Below are positions 15,607 through 28,386 of a stretch of DNA of 64,000 nt, in pieces. A model generated the notes under the pieces. That model was not told where the DNA came from. It saw only the letters and a list, made by a program, of their open reading frames with translations, and did no database searches. Source of the stretch: Felis catus (lineage: Eukaryota); assembly GCF_018350175.1 (NCBI RefSeq), contig NC_058368.1, forward strand, positions 212,972,001-213,036,000, written 5' to 3'. Both the position numbers and the translations under genes were made by a program. Each line of letters begins with the position of its first letter. Positions within the stretch are counted from its first letter, which is position 1.

Positions 15607-15768
15607 TCACTAACTTAACAAAAGACAGAGAGGAAGAGTCCTTTGCAATGTCACTCGTTTAAAAAAGGGAGAGAGAGAGAGAAGGAAGAAAAAGTTCACC
15701 GCGTGTAAACCTGTACGCCTGTAATATATATATATACTTATAAATAAATATATATATATTTGCCCTCC

Positions 15769-15777
15769 CTTTATATA
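15769..15777 (-). promoter_or_regulatory. Candidate TATA box (TATATAAAG)
   Basis: Minus strand reads GTATATATAAAGGGAGGG ~300 nt upstream of the ATG; could instead lie in the 5' UTR. Confidence 0.35.
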
Positions 15778-15985
15778 TACTATTTTACTTAGAGGTGGCT
15801 TCTTATTTGGGCGTTGCTAAGATTGCTTTTGAAAGCGTATTTGTAAAAAACAAAACAAAACAAAACAAAAAAAGGAAAGAAAAGAAAAAAAAAGTTAGAC
15901 TTGTCCAAGTGCTTGTAATTGACGGTGCATCTCCCCCGCATTTGATCTCATTGATTAGCGCCGGTTCCTGGATCCATAGTCCGCG

Positions 15986-15993
15986 TTTAAATA
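15986..15993 (-). promoter_or_regulatory. Candidate TATA-like box (TATTTAAA)
   Basis: Isolated AT-rich octamer in GC-rich context ~515 nt upstream of the ATG. Confidence 0.35.
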
Positions 15994-17867
15994 GCGTGGC
16001 AGCGGCGGAGCGTGTTACCACACAAGGCGCTCCGAGGCTGGGCTTGTATTTCCAGCGGGTGGGGTGGGTGGGGGTGGGGAGTGATGGGGGCTGGGCTGGG
16101 GGAGCCTCTCATTAACATTCTTACATCAGGGCTCCTCCCCGCACCCCTACCTTCCCACCCTTCCCGGGTCCCTAACCCCAACAGCTCCCAGCTACCCCTC
16201 GGCCTTGGCCTTAAAGCCGCAGTCGCCCTCGTCCGCACCGGCGGGAGCCCCCACCACACCGCACCACCCCTGGGGTTCCCCGCCTTACCCTGGCCGCGCA
16301 CGCGGCAGCGCTTTCCCCAGCTCCAGGCTTTACACAGGGAAATGTGTTTGATAGTAAAGAAGTGCGCACAGGCACACACACACCATGCAAAAAATAACTG
16401 GATTAGAGGAAAGGGGTGGTCCTAGAAATTTGTAGTTTCGTTGCAGAACTCCGTAGGTCCCGCTCGCTCTCACCTCTTTCTCACTCCGGCCAAATTCCCT
16501 CCTGACGCGCCAACTCGGGGCGGGCACCGACCTTCCTGGTCCCTTGGCGCAAGGTCAGGGAACAGGGACCAAGGTCCCAGGGCAGACGGCTCGGTCGAGG
16601 ACCCAGAACTCCCAGCTAGCCGAGGCGTTATTTACACCCCTCCCTACCCCGCTTTCCCCTGCTACGCGCCCGCGTCCTCCCCCTGGGCCACGCGGGTTCG
16701 CGCTGGAGTCGTAGCGTTTCCAGGATTCCAGTGTCCCCGCGCAAAGCCCCTCAGCCGGCGCGCTGCAAGCAGAAAAGCGAAACTTGTTGCTCCCAAAGGC
16801 GAGCGAAGAATTCCGCTTCTCGAAGTGGCGAATAGTTTGAAGAGCATCTCCGAAGCGTCCTCAGGGTTTTGTTTGCCAAACCAGGTAGCTAAAGAGACCT
16901 CCCTAAATCGTCACTCGAGGGTCCCCTGGGTGCAGCAGCACCACCCTCCGCTCTAACCGCTTCTCCTCGCCAGCGCGCGACACACTGTGCTCCGGGTTCT
17001 GCACTGCCGAGAGAGGTTCCTGTGTCGGAGACCTAGGCTTGCCACTGGTCACAGCCACAACGGCAGTGGGGACAAGGATGGAAACGGCGGTGAAGTCAGC
17101 GGCCAGAGGAGCCTCGCGGAAGTCCGCCGCGCTTCAGGGCAGGTCCAAATGGAACTTGACCCAATGAAAGTGACAACACGCCGAGGTCATTTGCAGTGTG
17201 AACGTGCTACATTGGACTGGGGAATTCTGATACTTAAAGGCCACAAATTAAAATAAGGTGAAAATGATTTTAAATGGGCTTTCATTAGACTGGGTGTCTG
17301 TGTCCACGAATTTCTATTAGTCTTAGACCAACGCCCTCTTTCGGCAGAAACTTGCAGCCGACTGACTGCTATCGCCGGTGCCACCGTCCCAGGCGCTGCA
17401 TTTGGTTGGTTTGTTGTTGGTTGTTCTTTTCTTTTCTTTGTCCTTTCTTTCTTTTTTTTTTTCTTTTAAACACGGAGGCCCCAAACAGCAATCGCTCTTA
17501 TTTGTGACGGTGAAAAGGCAAACTGGGATTTAAGGAGACGTGGCGACTTCAAGTAACAGCGCTTGTTGCCATTTAAAGCACCTCCTTAACGCTCTTTCTG
17601 GCACCGGAAGTGTGATTATGGATAACATTTCACTCTCTGGGTCATTTAGATTTCAGATTATGCACCATGATCCCTAAAACTTCCAAGTAGGACCTTCCAA
17701 CCCCTGCATGAACTCTCATTTATTTAATCAGAGCTGCAAATCAGCAGCAAAAGAGGCATCTGTATAAAATTTTAATTCCACAAAGAGGTAATTCGCACAT
17801 ACTGGAAATTAGATTTAGCACTTCACAGCAATTAAATCCTCCCTGAACTCCTGGGAAGAAAGAGGAT

Positions 17868-17946
17868 GGAAGGAAGAGGGAGGGAGGGAGGGAAGGAAGG
17901 AAGGAAGGAAGGAAGGAAGGAAGGAAGGAAGGAAGGAAGGAAGGAA

Positions 17947-18038
<92 letters not shown>

Positions 18039-18063
18039 AAAGGGAAAGAAAGAAAGAAAAAAG
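17868..18063. repeat. Compound purine tetranucleotide microsatellite (GGGA)n(GGAA)n(GAAA)n
   Basis: Directly visible, ~195 nt pure purine strand. Confidence 0.97.
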
Positions 18064-18519
18064 AGAACACGACTATATCACGAATTCCTTGGGTCTTAAA
18101 TGGATTTTGAAACTGGTTGCCAGGAGACGTGAAGGAACCAAGGTTTCCTATTACTGCTTTCTGTGCCCTGCGTCTGGGGAACACCAGCCAATGGCGATAT
18201 GATTCTGCACACTATGTGGTGTGGGTTTATTAGGAGAGTCTGGGGTTTCAGTGGCACCGGGCGTGAAGGCCTCTGCCCCACCGGCACCGAGGGTCACGCC
18301 CAGGGCAGTACGTTTGCGTTTGGGTATCATAGTCTCCCAGTGGCCTTTGGATCAGAGCTCTCAACTTCCAGCCTGTTACTCAAGGACACCGAGAAACCAA
18401 CCTGTGGAAAGGAAGAGCCCCCAAACTAGACAGCAGAACCGGAAAAACCAGCATTACTGCCCATGCTGGTGTTCAAAGCACCCCTTAAAATTTTTCAATG
18501 AGCAGAAATTAGGATTTTT

Positions 18520-18794
18520 TTTAATTGAGGTATAATTAATACATAACATTATATTAGTCTTGTAATATGTATTATGTTGTATAATTTATATACAACATGA
18601 TTCCATATTTTTATATAATGGGAAATGGTCACCACAATAAGTCTAGTTAACTTTCATCACCATGCATAGTTGCAAAAATGTTTTTCTTGTAATGAGAACT
18701 TTTAAGATCTCTTTGCATCTTTCAAATATGCAATGCAGTCTTAACTGTAGTCAACATTGCTATACATTACCTCCCCAGGACTTATTTATTTTAT
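18520..18794 (-). mobile_element. Short L1 3'-end fragment (L1MA9/L1_Carn-like)
   Basis: ttaattgaggtataatt...atgagaacttttaagatct...; TSD agaaatta(g/t)gattttt at 18504 and 18795. Confidence 0.8.
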
Positions 18795-18810
18795 AGAAAT
18801 TATGATTTTT

Positions 18811-19021
18811 ATTTTTTTTAATGTTTATTTACTCTTGAGAGATGAAGAGAGATGGCATGAGCGGGGGAGGAACAGAGAAAGAGGGAGACACAGAATCTGA
18901 AGCAGGCTCCAGGCTCCAAGCTGTCAGCACAGAGCCTGACGGGGGGTTCAAACCCATGAACCACTAGATCATGACCTGAGCCAAAGTCAGATACAACTGA
19001 ATGAACCACCCAGGCACCCCC
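18811..19021 (-). mobile_element. Can-SINE
   Basis: Reverse-complement SINE; TSD shared with the adjacent L1 fragment. Confidence 0.92.
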
Positions 19022-21318
19022 TTGAAATTAGGATTTTTGAAGAAAAATCTTTAATTGAAAATATGCACATCATAGGAAACCCCATCAAGTAATTTAAGTA
19101 TATGAATTGTAATATTACAAGTTTACTTTCCATCAAATTAAAATTTTTCCAAATAGCTGGAAGTCTGTGTGAATATCTTGACTATCATGAAGTTCTCCAA
19201 TCTTAGGACTAGAAAAGATTTTAGAAGTCACGCAGCCTGACACCTTTCATTCATTAAGGCCAAAGAATAGAAAATACATACTTAAATATATCTTCATCCC
19301 TGAGATTGAATTAGAAATAAGCATTACCACCTATTATACCATCTAAAAAAGGTTTGGAAACAAAGCTATTTTTCATTAAATAATAACAGTCTTTGTATAA
19401 AGATTTTATTTTATATGTGGCTAAGTTTTGAGGATATACAGCACACTAAGATAATTATTAATAGGTTATAATAGAATTTTTTGCAGCATTATAATCATAA
19501 AAGTGAATCAAACCAAGAAGAGAGGGGAAAAGAAAACAAATAGAAATAACTCATCCTTCAGACTCAGTTTTTAAATACTGTTCCTTTTAATTCTGTAAAA
19601 CACTGATATGGGCGGGGGAGGAAGATTGCTAACCTTTTCACTTAGTACATTATGGCTACAATTGCTGAATGAAAACAAAAGAAAGTTACAGGGAAGTCCT
19701 GGAAAATAAAAGAAAATTACCCAAATGAAAGGCAATGTTAGCTCTAAACATGATTATTACAGAAACTAATAGACTTTTTATAGGATTTAGAAATGTTTTC
19801 ATCCATATCCACAAACTATATTTTTTTAACTTTAAAGTGGCCAGTTTTCTATATTCAATTGTTTGGTTGCCAGCTCTTTGAAATGAAAGCAGTGTCTATA
19901 TGTTAATTCCTCTACCACCAGGAAAGACAGCATTATCTAAGGAACCTCAACATGTAATTCTTTGAAATGTGTTAGAAATGCTATAAGGAAATTTTCTCCA
20001 CCAGTTTTAATCGTCTGTATGATCTTCTCCCTCACAATCCCCACGGCAATCTCTAAAGCAAGAGCCCTTCCAGATTTTCGCAGAGAACATCTCTCTTGTG
20101 AAGCCAGCCCTGAGGTCACATTAAAGAATATTCCTGTGAAGCCTTCAGCCCACGAAGAAAATACCTTCTGGGGACAGAATTGTTGAAAACACACTTCCCC
20201 CTAGAGGCAGAAAAGATGAAAGAATATTACACACAATTCACAACATTTCTGTAATTTAATGAGTATTGTATTGAGGTTTTATTTTTAACATATATTTGAT
20301 GTTTTAGAGGGAACCATTCAAGACATGGGAGGGAAATCGGTGAATGCCAAAAACTTAAATTAAAACTTTGCCTCTGGGTTTTAGCTTTCTTTAGCAGGGA
20401 CCCTATTCATTGATTGACCCTTTTTCTTCTATTATACAAATCTAGGATTTTTTCCAGCACTATAAATAATAGCAATTACATATTTTTTCTATTTAAATTT
20501 ATGATTCAATTTCATCAGAAACTGCAGTGAAAGGTGGCCTTGAGGGATTCTTTTGAAAACACAGCTCTAACAGATTTTCTTCCTTATGGTCAGATTTGTT
20601 TCTAAATTACTGTCAGGTTTCCATTAACTACAGGTTTCCATTAACTACATTCTGTTTTCACTTCTTTGAAGATGTTCTGAGACAAAGTGACGTTAGAAAG
20701 ACTTCTGAAAAACATACAACTGGTCTGATTTAACCTGAGTATTGACATGTTTCCTAGGATTTGCAAGCCACATGAAGAATTCTCCTATCATTGATTTAGA
20801 GGTAAGTTATTTAATGTAGAGTATCTCATTCACAAAAAACAGTGTATATGCCTCAGCTTCATGCATACCAATACTGACTATATTCTGTTGGTATAATTAC
20901 TTGTACATTGCATTGAATTATTCCAGAAAGGATTTTTAAAAGCACATAAAAATATAAAGTGGAAATTTGGAAAAATGTCCTTAGGGCAAAATCCACAGCC
21001 ATTGGGTCCTCCTCTCTTGGATTGTGCTATTCCTTTAAGCCTTTACTAACAGCCACAAACCTCAGCAACATCCACCTCTCCCTTCTGAGCTTCCACCGTG
21101 CTCCTCAGGGTTATGAGCAAACTCAGTTTTACTTCCATTTCCAGGGAGGCACATCAGGGCTGGGATCCAGGCTTCAGAGTGGCGTCCTGGGAAGCCAGCA
21201 CATGCGTAGAACCCTCACAGCACGTCAGTAGGCTATCACCTCACCTCCTTGGCCAGTTTCCCCACTTGCCTCAATTTTCTTGCTTCTAAAATGGAGAAAA
21301 TAATATTGTTCTGGTGTT

Positions 21319-21665
21319 GGGGTCCCTGGGTGGCTCAGTCCATTAACCATTGGACTCTTGATTTCAGCTCAGGTCATGATCTCAAGATAGTGAGATCGAG
21401 CCCCACCTCAGGCTCTGTGCTGACAGTGCGGAGCCTGCTTGGGAGTCTCTTGCCCCCTTTCTCTCTGTCCCTCCCCCCCAAAATAAATAAATAAACATTA
21501 ATATATATATATTAAAAAATAAATAATAAAATAATAAAATAAAATAAAAATATATGTATTGTAGTATATATACTGTAAATATATATGTATTTATATATAT
21601 TTATAAACATATTATATTTTTATATATAAACAATATATCTATAGGTAGATAGATAGATAGATAGA
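21319..21665 (+). mobile_element. Can-SINE with long AT-rich/(TA)n/(GATA)n tail region
   Basis: SINE body 21319-21500, then low-complexity sequence. Confidence 0.88.
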
Positions 21666-24024
21666 GTTGTAGAAGTAAGGATCAGAAAAAATAGATGCAG
21701 TCCTTTGTATGCAGGAGGAAATTAATAAATGGCAGCTCTCATTATTAAATTCCTTTCAATGCCTGGTAAAAAGTACTACACCAAGTAAGTGTTCAATAAA
21801 TGTTTATGGAATGAAGGAATTAATTCAAAACCCCAAATGGTGTGGCTTATGTGTAACTTGCTTAGAACTATCTATTGCCTCATCACAACAGACCTCACTT
21901 AATAATGTTTATTTGGTGACAGTGGCTTCCCTAGGGGGAAACGCTTTTGGCAATCACTGTGATATTGGCCCTGGATGTCCAACCTCAGATATTTCCTGGT
22001 AAGCTCGAGACAAGAGCTAGTTCAATATTCTTCCTTCTGCACAGTGGAGCAAAGAGAGCAGGCACTGATGTTTGCCACCCACAGCTGCCCTTAACATCTA
22101 AAAGCCTCCAGAAATCCAGGCTGCCTCCAACCTCAGAGAACTAACAGGAACAAGGGAGACAGGGATACATCACAGAGTGATTTCTTTAAAAAGAGAAAAA
22201 AATAGAAGCAGCTGCTCAAAGGGGCAGGACTTTGAGGATGGGGAAGCAATAGAAAGATTATATGGAAGTACAAAGAGCATTGTGCTGCAAGGAACGTATT
22301 TATAGATTGTGTACATTATAATAAATAATGAGAAAAGAATAGAATGGTATCCTGATGTACTAAAAACCCAGGTAATAAAAGTATCAGGCCCAGGGCTTAA
22401 TGCTCTTGTCCAATTCAGCAAACCTTTCAAAATCCCTAGAGTGTATCAAGGATAATGGTGTTCTATAGCTTAAACCTATCATATCAGACAGTCATTTGTT
22501 TTATTTGGGGATATGATTTGACCCAAGTTATACTTAAATCTATGCACTAGCAATCACATTATAATGGCCGAATATGCTATGTTTAGGAGAAACGTTATAA
22601 GGACAAAATTATATCAAATTTCGAAAACATAAATATAATTTTCCTGGTGTTATTACATTACAGTATCGAACAGTTTGTACTCTAAATTAACAAACATTAA
22701 CCTATTAGAATATAAACTGCATGAGGGCTGCGATTTTTTTCTTTAATCCTGCACCATTGATAAATCCAAAGAATACAAATTTCCCATAAAACAGAATTTA
22801 GAAGAGAAATAGTAATGAAAGGAAAAAAGAGATAATTCAAAGAGAAATTCGCTCATAGATACAAACTCACATATATATAAACTTCTAAATTCATAATTTT
22901 CAGAACATTCAGATATGACCATATTGGATTTCTGAGTATACAAATAATCTTATAAACTAAAAATCCTAAATATCAATTTTAAGAGGTCTCAACACACTGA
23001 TACACCAGCATCTCATCACTCGTGCTCAATTCTTGATTATTTTCTTGCCAGTGAGAAAAATGCAGTACCCTAAAAGAAATCAGCTCATTATCTTTTGTAA
23101 TGCTATGAACTGGAATTTAAGGTCGATGAGGAACATTTCTGTCACACTAATGCGCAATGCCGTGAGATGCAATTTTTTATTTCTTTCCAGCAAGTACATT
23201 CCACTAGGTATTAAATCTTGGATAGCTGATACATAAGACTAAAATAGAATAGAATGCCATGAGGAAAACATCAGGAAAATTCTTGACATTTGCCCTCTCA
23301 TACTTTTGGTGATCATGTTGTGACATCAAATTTCGCCCTGACACTAGTGGAGAAAATTGTTTCTTCAAGCTGACATTGTTACTTTTCAATTGTTGACAAC
23401 TCCTTTGGCATTAAATGTTCTTCTTTCCTCTTCATCCATCCTACAAAAATGTTCTCTTGTCAGCCCATATTCTCTTTTTCCTTTACTAACTGCCTGGGGG
23501 AAATAGTAAAGATTATTTTAAACAGAATCCATTGTGTTGCAGACTCTTGGAAGTCTCAAAGTATGACATGGAGAAGACTTCCTACGTGGGCCACTTTCTC
23601 ATATTCAAGTGTATATTACATGTATGAGTTGTCTCAAATTGCAAATCATTCATGTTGTAATAAATCATTATGGGGTTTTTTGAACCTCAGGTACAAATTT
23701 TTTAATTAATCACAACCTCAATTCCTGGCACATTCAATCTGGCACATATCGATCTGAAAGTTTCTTAATTTCTCTCCTTCATTGCTCTCTTCACATTCCT
23801 TTTACTCCATGGGATCATCTTTCTGTGTTTAATATATGCATTGATACATCTATATTCTTGAAAAAGAGTGTTTCTCATGCATGCATGTGTTATTCCAAAA
23901 TAGAAATTGTATTGTCCTATTTCTCATTTTCACAGAGAATGACATGGATAGATCTTAACTATTAGGTGAAAATTTTACATCCTTAATTTGTTTAATTTTG
24001 TTTAATTTTTAAAACTGGTGATCT

Positions 24025-26143
24025 CTTTTTTTCCTAACTTTATTGAGGAATAATTCACAAACATAAGTGTACTTATTCACATTGTACAACGCCATGATGA
24101 GATAGATGTATATATTGTGGAATAGTTACCAAGGTCAAGGTAATTAGTACATACATCACCTCATATAGTTAACTCTTTTTGTGTGTTTGGTGAGAATGCT
24201 TAAAATCTACTCTCAGCAAGTGCTCAAGTATACAGTACTCTATTATTTTTTTTAAGTTTATTTATTTTGAAAGAGAGAGATATATGGTTTACAAATATTT
24301 TCCCCCTTCCATAGGCTGCCTTTTCAATTTCCTGATGGTTTCTTCGGCTGTATAGAAGTTCTTTAGTTTAATGTGCCCCACTTGTTTCTTTCAGCTTTTG
24401 TCACCTGTGCTTTTGGTGTCTTATCCAAGGAATCATTACCAAGACCAATGTCAAAGAGCTTCTTCCCTGATTTTGTCTATAATTTTTATGATTTCAGGTC
24501 TTACATGTAAGTCTTTAATTCATTTCAACTTAATTTTTTGTGAGTGGTGTAAGATACAGGTTCAATTTCATTCCTTCGCATGTAGATATGCAGTTTTCCC
24601 AATATCATATTAAAGAGAGTACCCTTTCCCCATTGTGCATTCTTGTTGCCCTTGTCAAAGATTAGTTGACTATATATGCGTGGGTCTTCTGAGCTCTCAG
24701 CTCTGACCACTGGTTTGTGTGCCTGTTCTTATACCAAAACCATACTGTTTTGACTATAGTTTTGTAATATAGTTTGAAATCAGGAAGTGTGATACTTCAG
24801 CTTTGTTCTTCTTTCTCAGTATTGTTTTGGCTACTTGGGGTCTTTTAGGGTTCCATAAACAGTTTAGGATAGTATTTGTTCTTTGAAAAATTCCATTGGA
24901 ATTTTTTTTAATTTTTTTTTAATGTTTATTTATTTTTGAGACTTGGAGAGACAGAGCATGTACGGGGGAGGGTCAGAGAGAGAGGGAGACACAGAATCGG
25001 AAGCAGGCTTCAGGCTCTGAGCTGTCAGCACAGAGCCCGACGCGGGGCTCGAACTCACGGACCGCGAGATCATGACCTGAGCCGAAGTCGGACGCTTAAC
25101 CGACTGAGCCACCCAGGCGCCCCTCCATTGGAATTTTAATACAGATGGCATTGAATCTGTAGATTGCTTTCAGTAGTGTGAACATTTTAACAATATTCGT
25201 ATAATCCAAGTGCATGGGGTATCTTTTCCATTTATTTGTGTCTTCTTCAATTTGTCTTATAGTTTTCAGTGCACAGGTCTTTCACTTGCCTGGTTAACTT
25301 TATTCCTAAGTATTTTATTGTTCTTTATGCCACCATAAGTGGGATTCCTTTCTTTCTCTTTCAGATACTTCATTGTTAGCGTATAGATACCTATAACTGA
25401 TTTTTATATGTTGATTACATATCCTGCAACTTTACTGAATTCATTTGTTAGTTCTAATAGTTTTTTAGTGGAGTTCTCAGGGTTTTCTTTATATAGGATC
25501 ATCTGATCTGCAAAACAGATACTATTACTTCTTCCTTTCCAATTTAGATGTCTTTCATTTCTTTTCCTTGCCTAATTTCCATGGCTAGGACTTCCAATAT
25601 TATGGTAAATAGAAGTGGTGAGAGTGGACATCCTTTTACCTTTCCTAATCTTAAAGGAAAGGCTTTTCACTTTGCACCATTGAGTATAATATTAGCTGTG
25701 GGTTTGTCATATAATAGCCCTTATTATGTCAGTGCAGTGACAGCTCCAGCCATGGGGAAGTAGCATAGCAGTGGGGACCAGTGGGGAGTCTGGGCAGCTC
25801 CATCAGATGGTTTCTCAATAGCAAAGGCTGCAAGGGCAGTGAGGCTTACTAGGGTTCTGCTCTCTTTTTCCTCCATGGGGTAAAATCCCTCCAAGGGGAT
25901 CCTTCTTGGAGCTGAGTTGTTTTGGACAGGGGGAGGGGATGACACAGGTAAAATGTTTCCTACTCTTTTCTATGCAGCCATCCTCGGTTTCTTAGCTCTG
26001 CAGAGTTCTGCTGCTCCTTCATTGTAGTCCAGAGCTTCCCCAGAGCTGTTTTCACCAGTTTGTAGTTGTTTACTTACTGGGATTTTTGTTTGTTTTTGTG
26101 GGGGAGATGAGTGCCAAGATCTTCCAACCAGCCATGGTGCTGA
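24025..26143 (-). mobile_element. Rearranged LINE-1: 3' end, ORF2 segment (24280-25729) and a 5'UTR-like segment (25730-26143), with nested SINE
   Basis: Antisense ORF2 text (ttgaaatcaggaagtgtgatacttcagc; gtggtgagagtggacatcct); L1MA-type 3' end at 24040-24240. Confidence 0.8.
24906..25123 (-). mobile_element. Young Can-SINE nested in L1
   Basis: TSD tccattggaatttt; CpG-rich body. Confidence 0.95.
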
Positions 26144-26804
26144 ACTACATTATGACTTTTGAATGTTGCATAGTACTCCATAATATTTCACTTATTCATC
26201 CTCCTAGCTTTCAACTAGTGTTAATTCTCTGCTGCCAGAAACTGCTCTGATGAAGATGGTCATCTGTGTCCCCTAGAGAGTTTCCCTAGGGCATTTGGGT
26301 CAGAGGTGTATGTGTTTGTATTTATTATGGCCAGATTACTCTGCAGTATGGCAGCATCAGTTTACATCCCCACAAGCTCTACACGAGGGTTTCCTTTAGG
26401 AACGTCTTTAGAGCAAAACTTCCTAATGCCTGTTTAGTGTGTCTTCATTACCAAAAAAGAGGGCTGAACCAGTTTCCTCAGACCCTACATAACGGCAGAG
26501 TCTGTCTTCTAGATGAAAAGAGAATTTGAACAAATCCTAAACCTGACTTTTAATTGTCTGAATTAGATCACCTACCTCTTCCTGTCCAAACACCGTGGCC
26601 AAAGCAATCACATGTGAGAACTGAATAACTGACGGCCCCAAGTAAAACCCCAGTATTGTTACCAAAAGAGGGAGAAAGGATGTTGAATGATGAGAACAAG
26701 TGCTTACTAGAGCATATGTTCCTGAAACCACAGCCTTGTGGTTAGCAGGTATGACCCATCCACAACCCTAGCCCAAGCCACAACATCTCTGAGCAATATC
26801 CAAG

Positions 26805-27285
26805 ATGGCTCAGGTTTCTCTCTGCATAAAAGACCACCTCAAAACTTAATGGCTTAAAATGGCACCCATTTATTTACTCATGATCCTGTACGTGAGCTCA
26901 ACCGGGTGGTTCTTCTGGTATTTTGTTTAGAATTACTCACGTGACTATAATCATCTGGCAGCTTATCTGGGGCTGGAAGATCCAAGAGGGCCTCACTCAC
27001 ATGCCTGGAGATCAACTGGGGCTGCCAGCTGGAATGTCTCCATTCTTATCCATGCAGCCTCTCTGACAAGATGGCCTGCATTTCTTACACAGAGCTGATA
27101 AAAGTAGGCAAGCCTCAGTGCAAGAGCACATATCAGGTCTCTGGCTTGACATTTGTTGATGTCTCACTGACCAAAGTGTGTCACATGGCCAAATCCAAAA
27201 TCAACGTGGAAAGGCATCACATAGGGGGTGAGTACCAGATCCATGCTTTATTGGGAGCCATTAAAATTACAGCCTACTATCCTAG
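26805..27285 (-). mobile_element. Old MaLR LTR (MLT1-type)
   Basis: accacctcaaaacttaatggcttaaa...ggggctggaagatccaag...gtcacatggccaaatcc. Confidence 0.6.
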
Positions 27286-28172
27286 AGGACAGTTCCACAA
27301 CATATTACACTAAACTTGTGTTTTCCTGAGAGTCACCTAGAAAGAGGTGGGACTCACTGGCCAAAAACTGAAACCAAGAAAGACAAACCTAGAGAAATAT
27401 TTGGCTCTTCTGGGGTGAGCCAGCCCAGGAGATTGAGGAGATGCTGACATAATGGGTTCTAAGACAACACCCCTACATGGAGACTGGGGAGAAGTTCAAA
27501 GTACAAAAGAGACAATGTGACTTCGAGCTTTGTAGCACAAGGACATCTTCTGAACAGAGATTCTCAGCCATAGAAGCAATGTGTGGTAGAGAGGGCTAAT
27601 TGTCCACCCAATACCCATTCTTCCCTTTGTGCTTATTAGCATAACCCCATTTTATTCAAGGCAACGATCTTCTCTAATGAAAAACTATATTGATCAGCCT
27701 CCCTCGAAACTAAGTATGGCAGTGTGAAACTAAATATGGCCAATCACACTCTGGAAAACAGTATGGCGTTTCCTCAAAAAGATAAAAATAGAACTACCCT
27801 ACTATCCAGCAGTTGCACTATTAAGTATTCACCCAAAGGATACAAAAATACTGATTTGGAACGATACATGCACCCCAATGTTTATAGCAGCATTATCTAC
27901 AATAGCCAAATTATGGAAAGAGCCCAAATGCCCATCGACTGAAGAATGGATTGAGAAGATGTGGTACATATAATGGAATATTACTCAGCCATCAAAAAGA
28001 ATGAAATCTTGCCATTTGCAACAATGTGGATGGAGCTAGAGAGCATTATGTTAAGTGATATAAGTCAGTCAGAGAAAGACAAATACCATATCATTTCACT
28101 CATATGTGGAATTTAAGTAACAAAACATATGAACATAGGGGAAAGAAAAAAGACGCAAACCAGAAAACAGAC

Positions 28173-28386
28173 TTTTTTTTAAATGTTTTTATTTATTTTT
28201 GAGACAGAGAGAGACAGAGCATGAGCAGGGGAGGGGTAGAGAGAGAGGGAGACACAGAATCTGAAGCAGGCTCCAGGCTCTGAGCTGTCAGCACAGAGCC
28301 GGACGCGGGGCTCGAACTCATGGACTGTGAGATCATGACCTGAGCTGAAGTTGGACGCTTAACTGACTGAGCCACCCAGGCTCCCC
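28173..28386 (-). mobile_element. Can-SINE nested in L1
   Basis: TSD aaaacagactttt. Confidence 0.93.
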
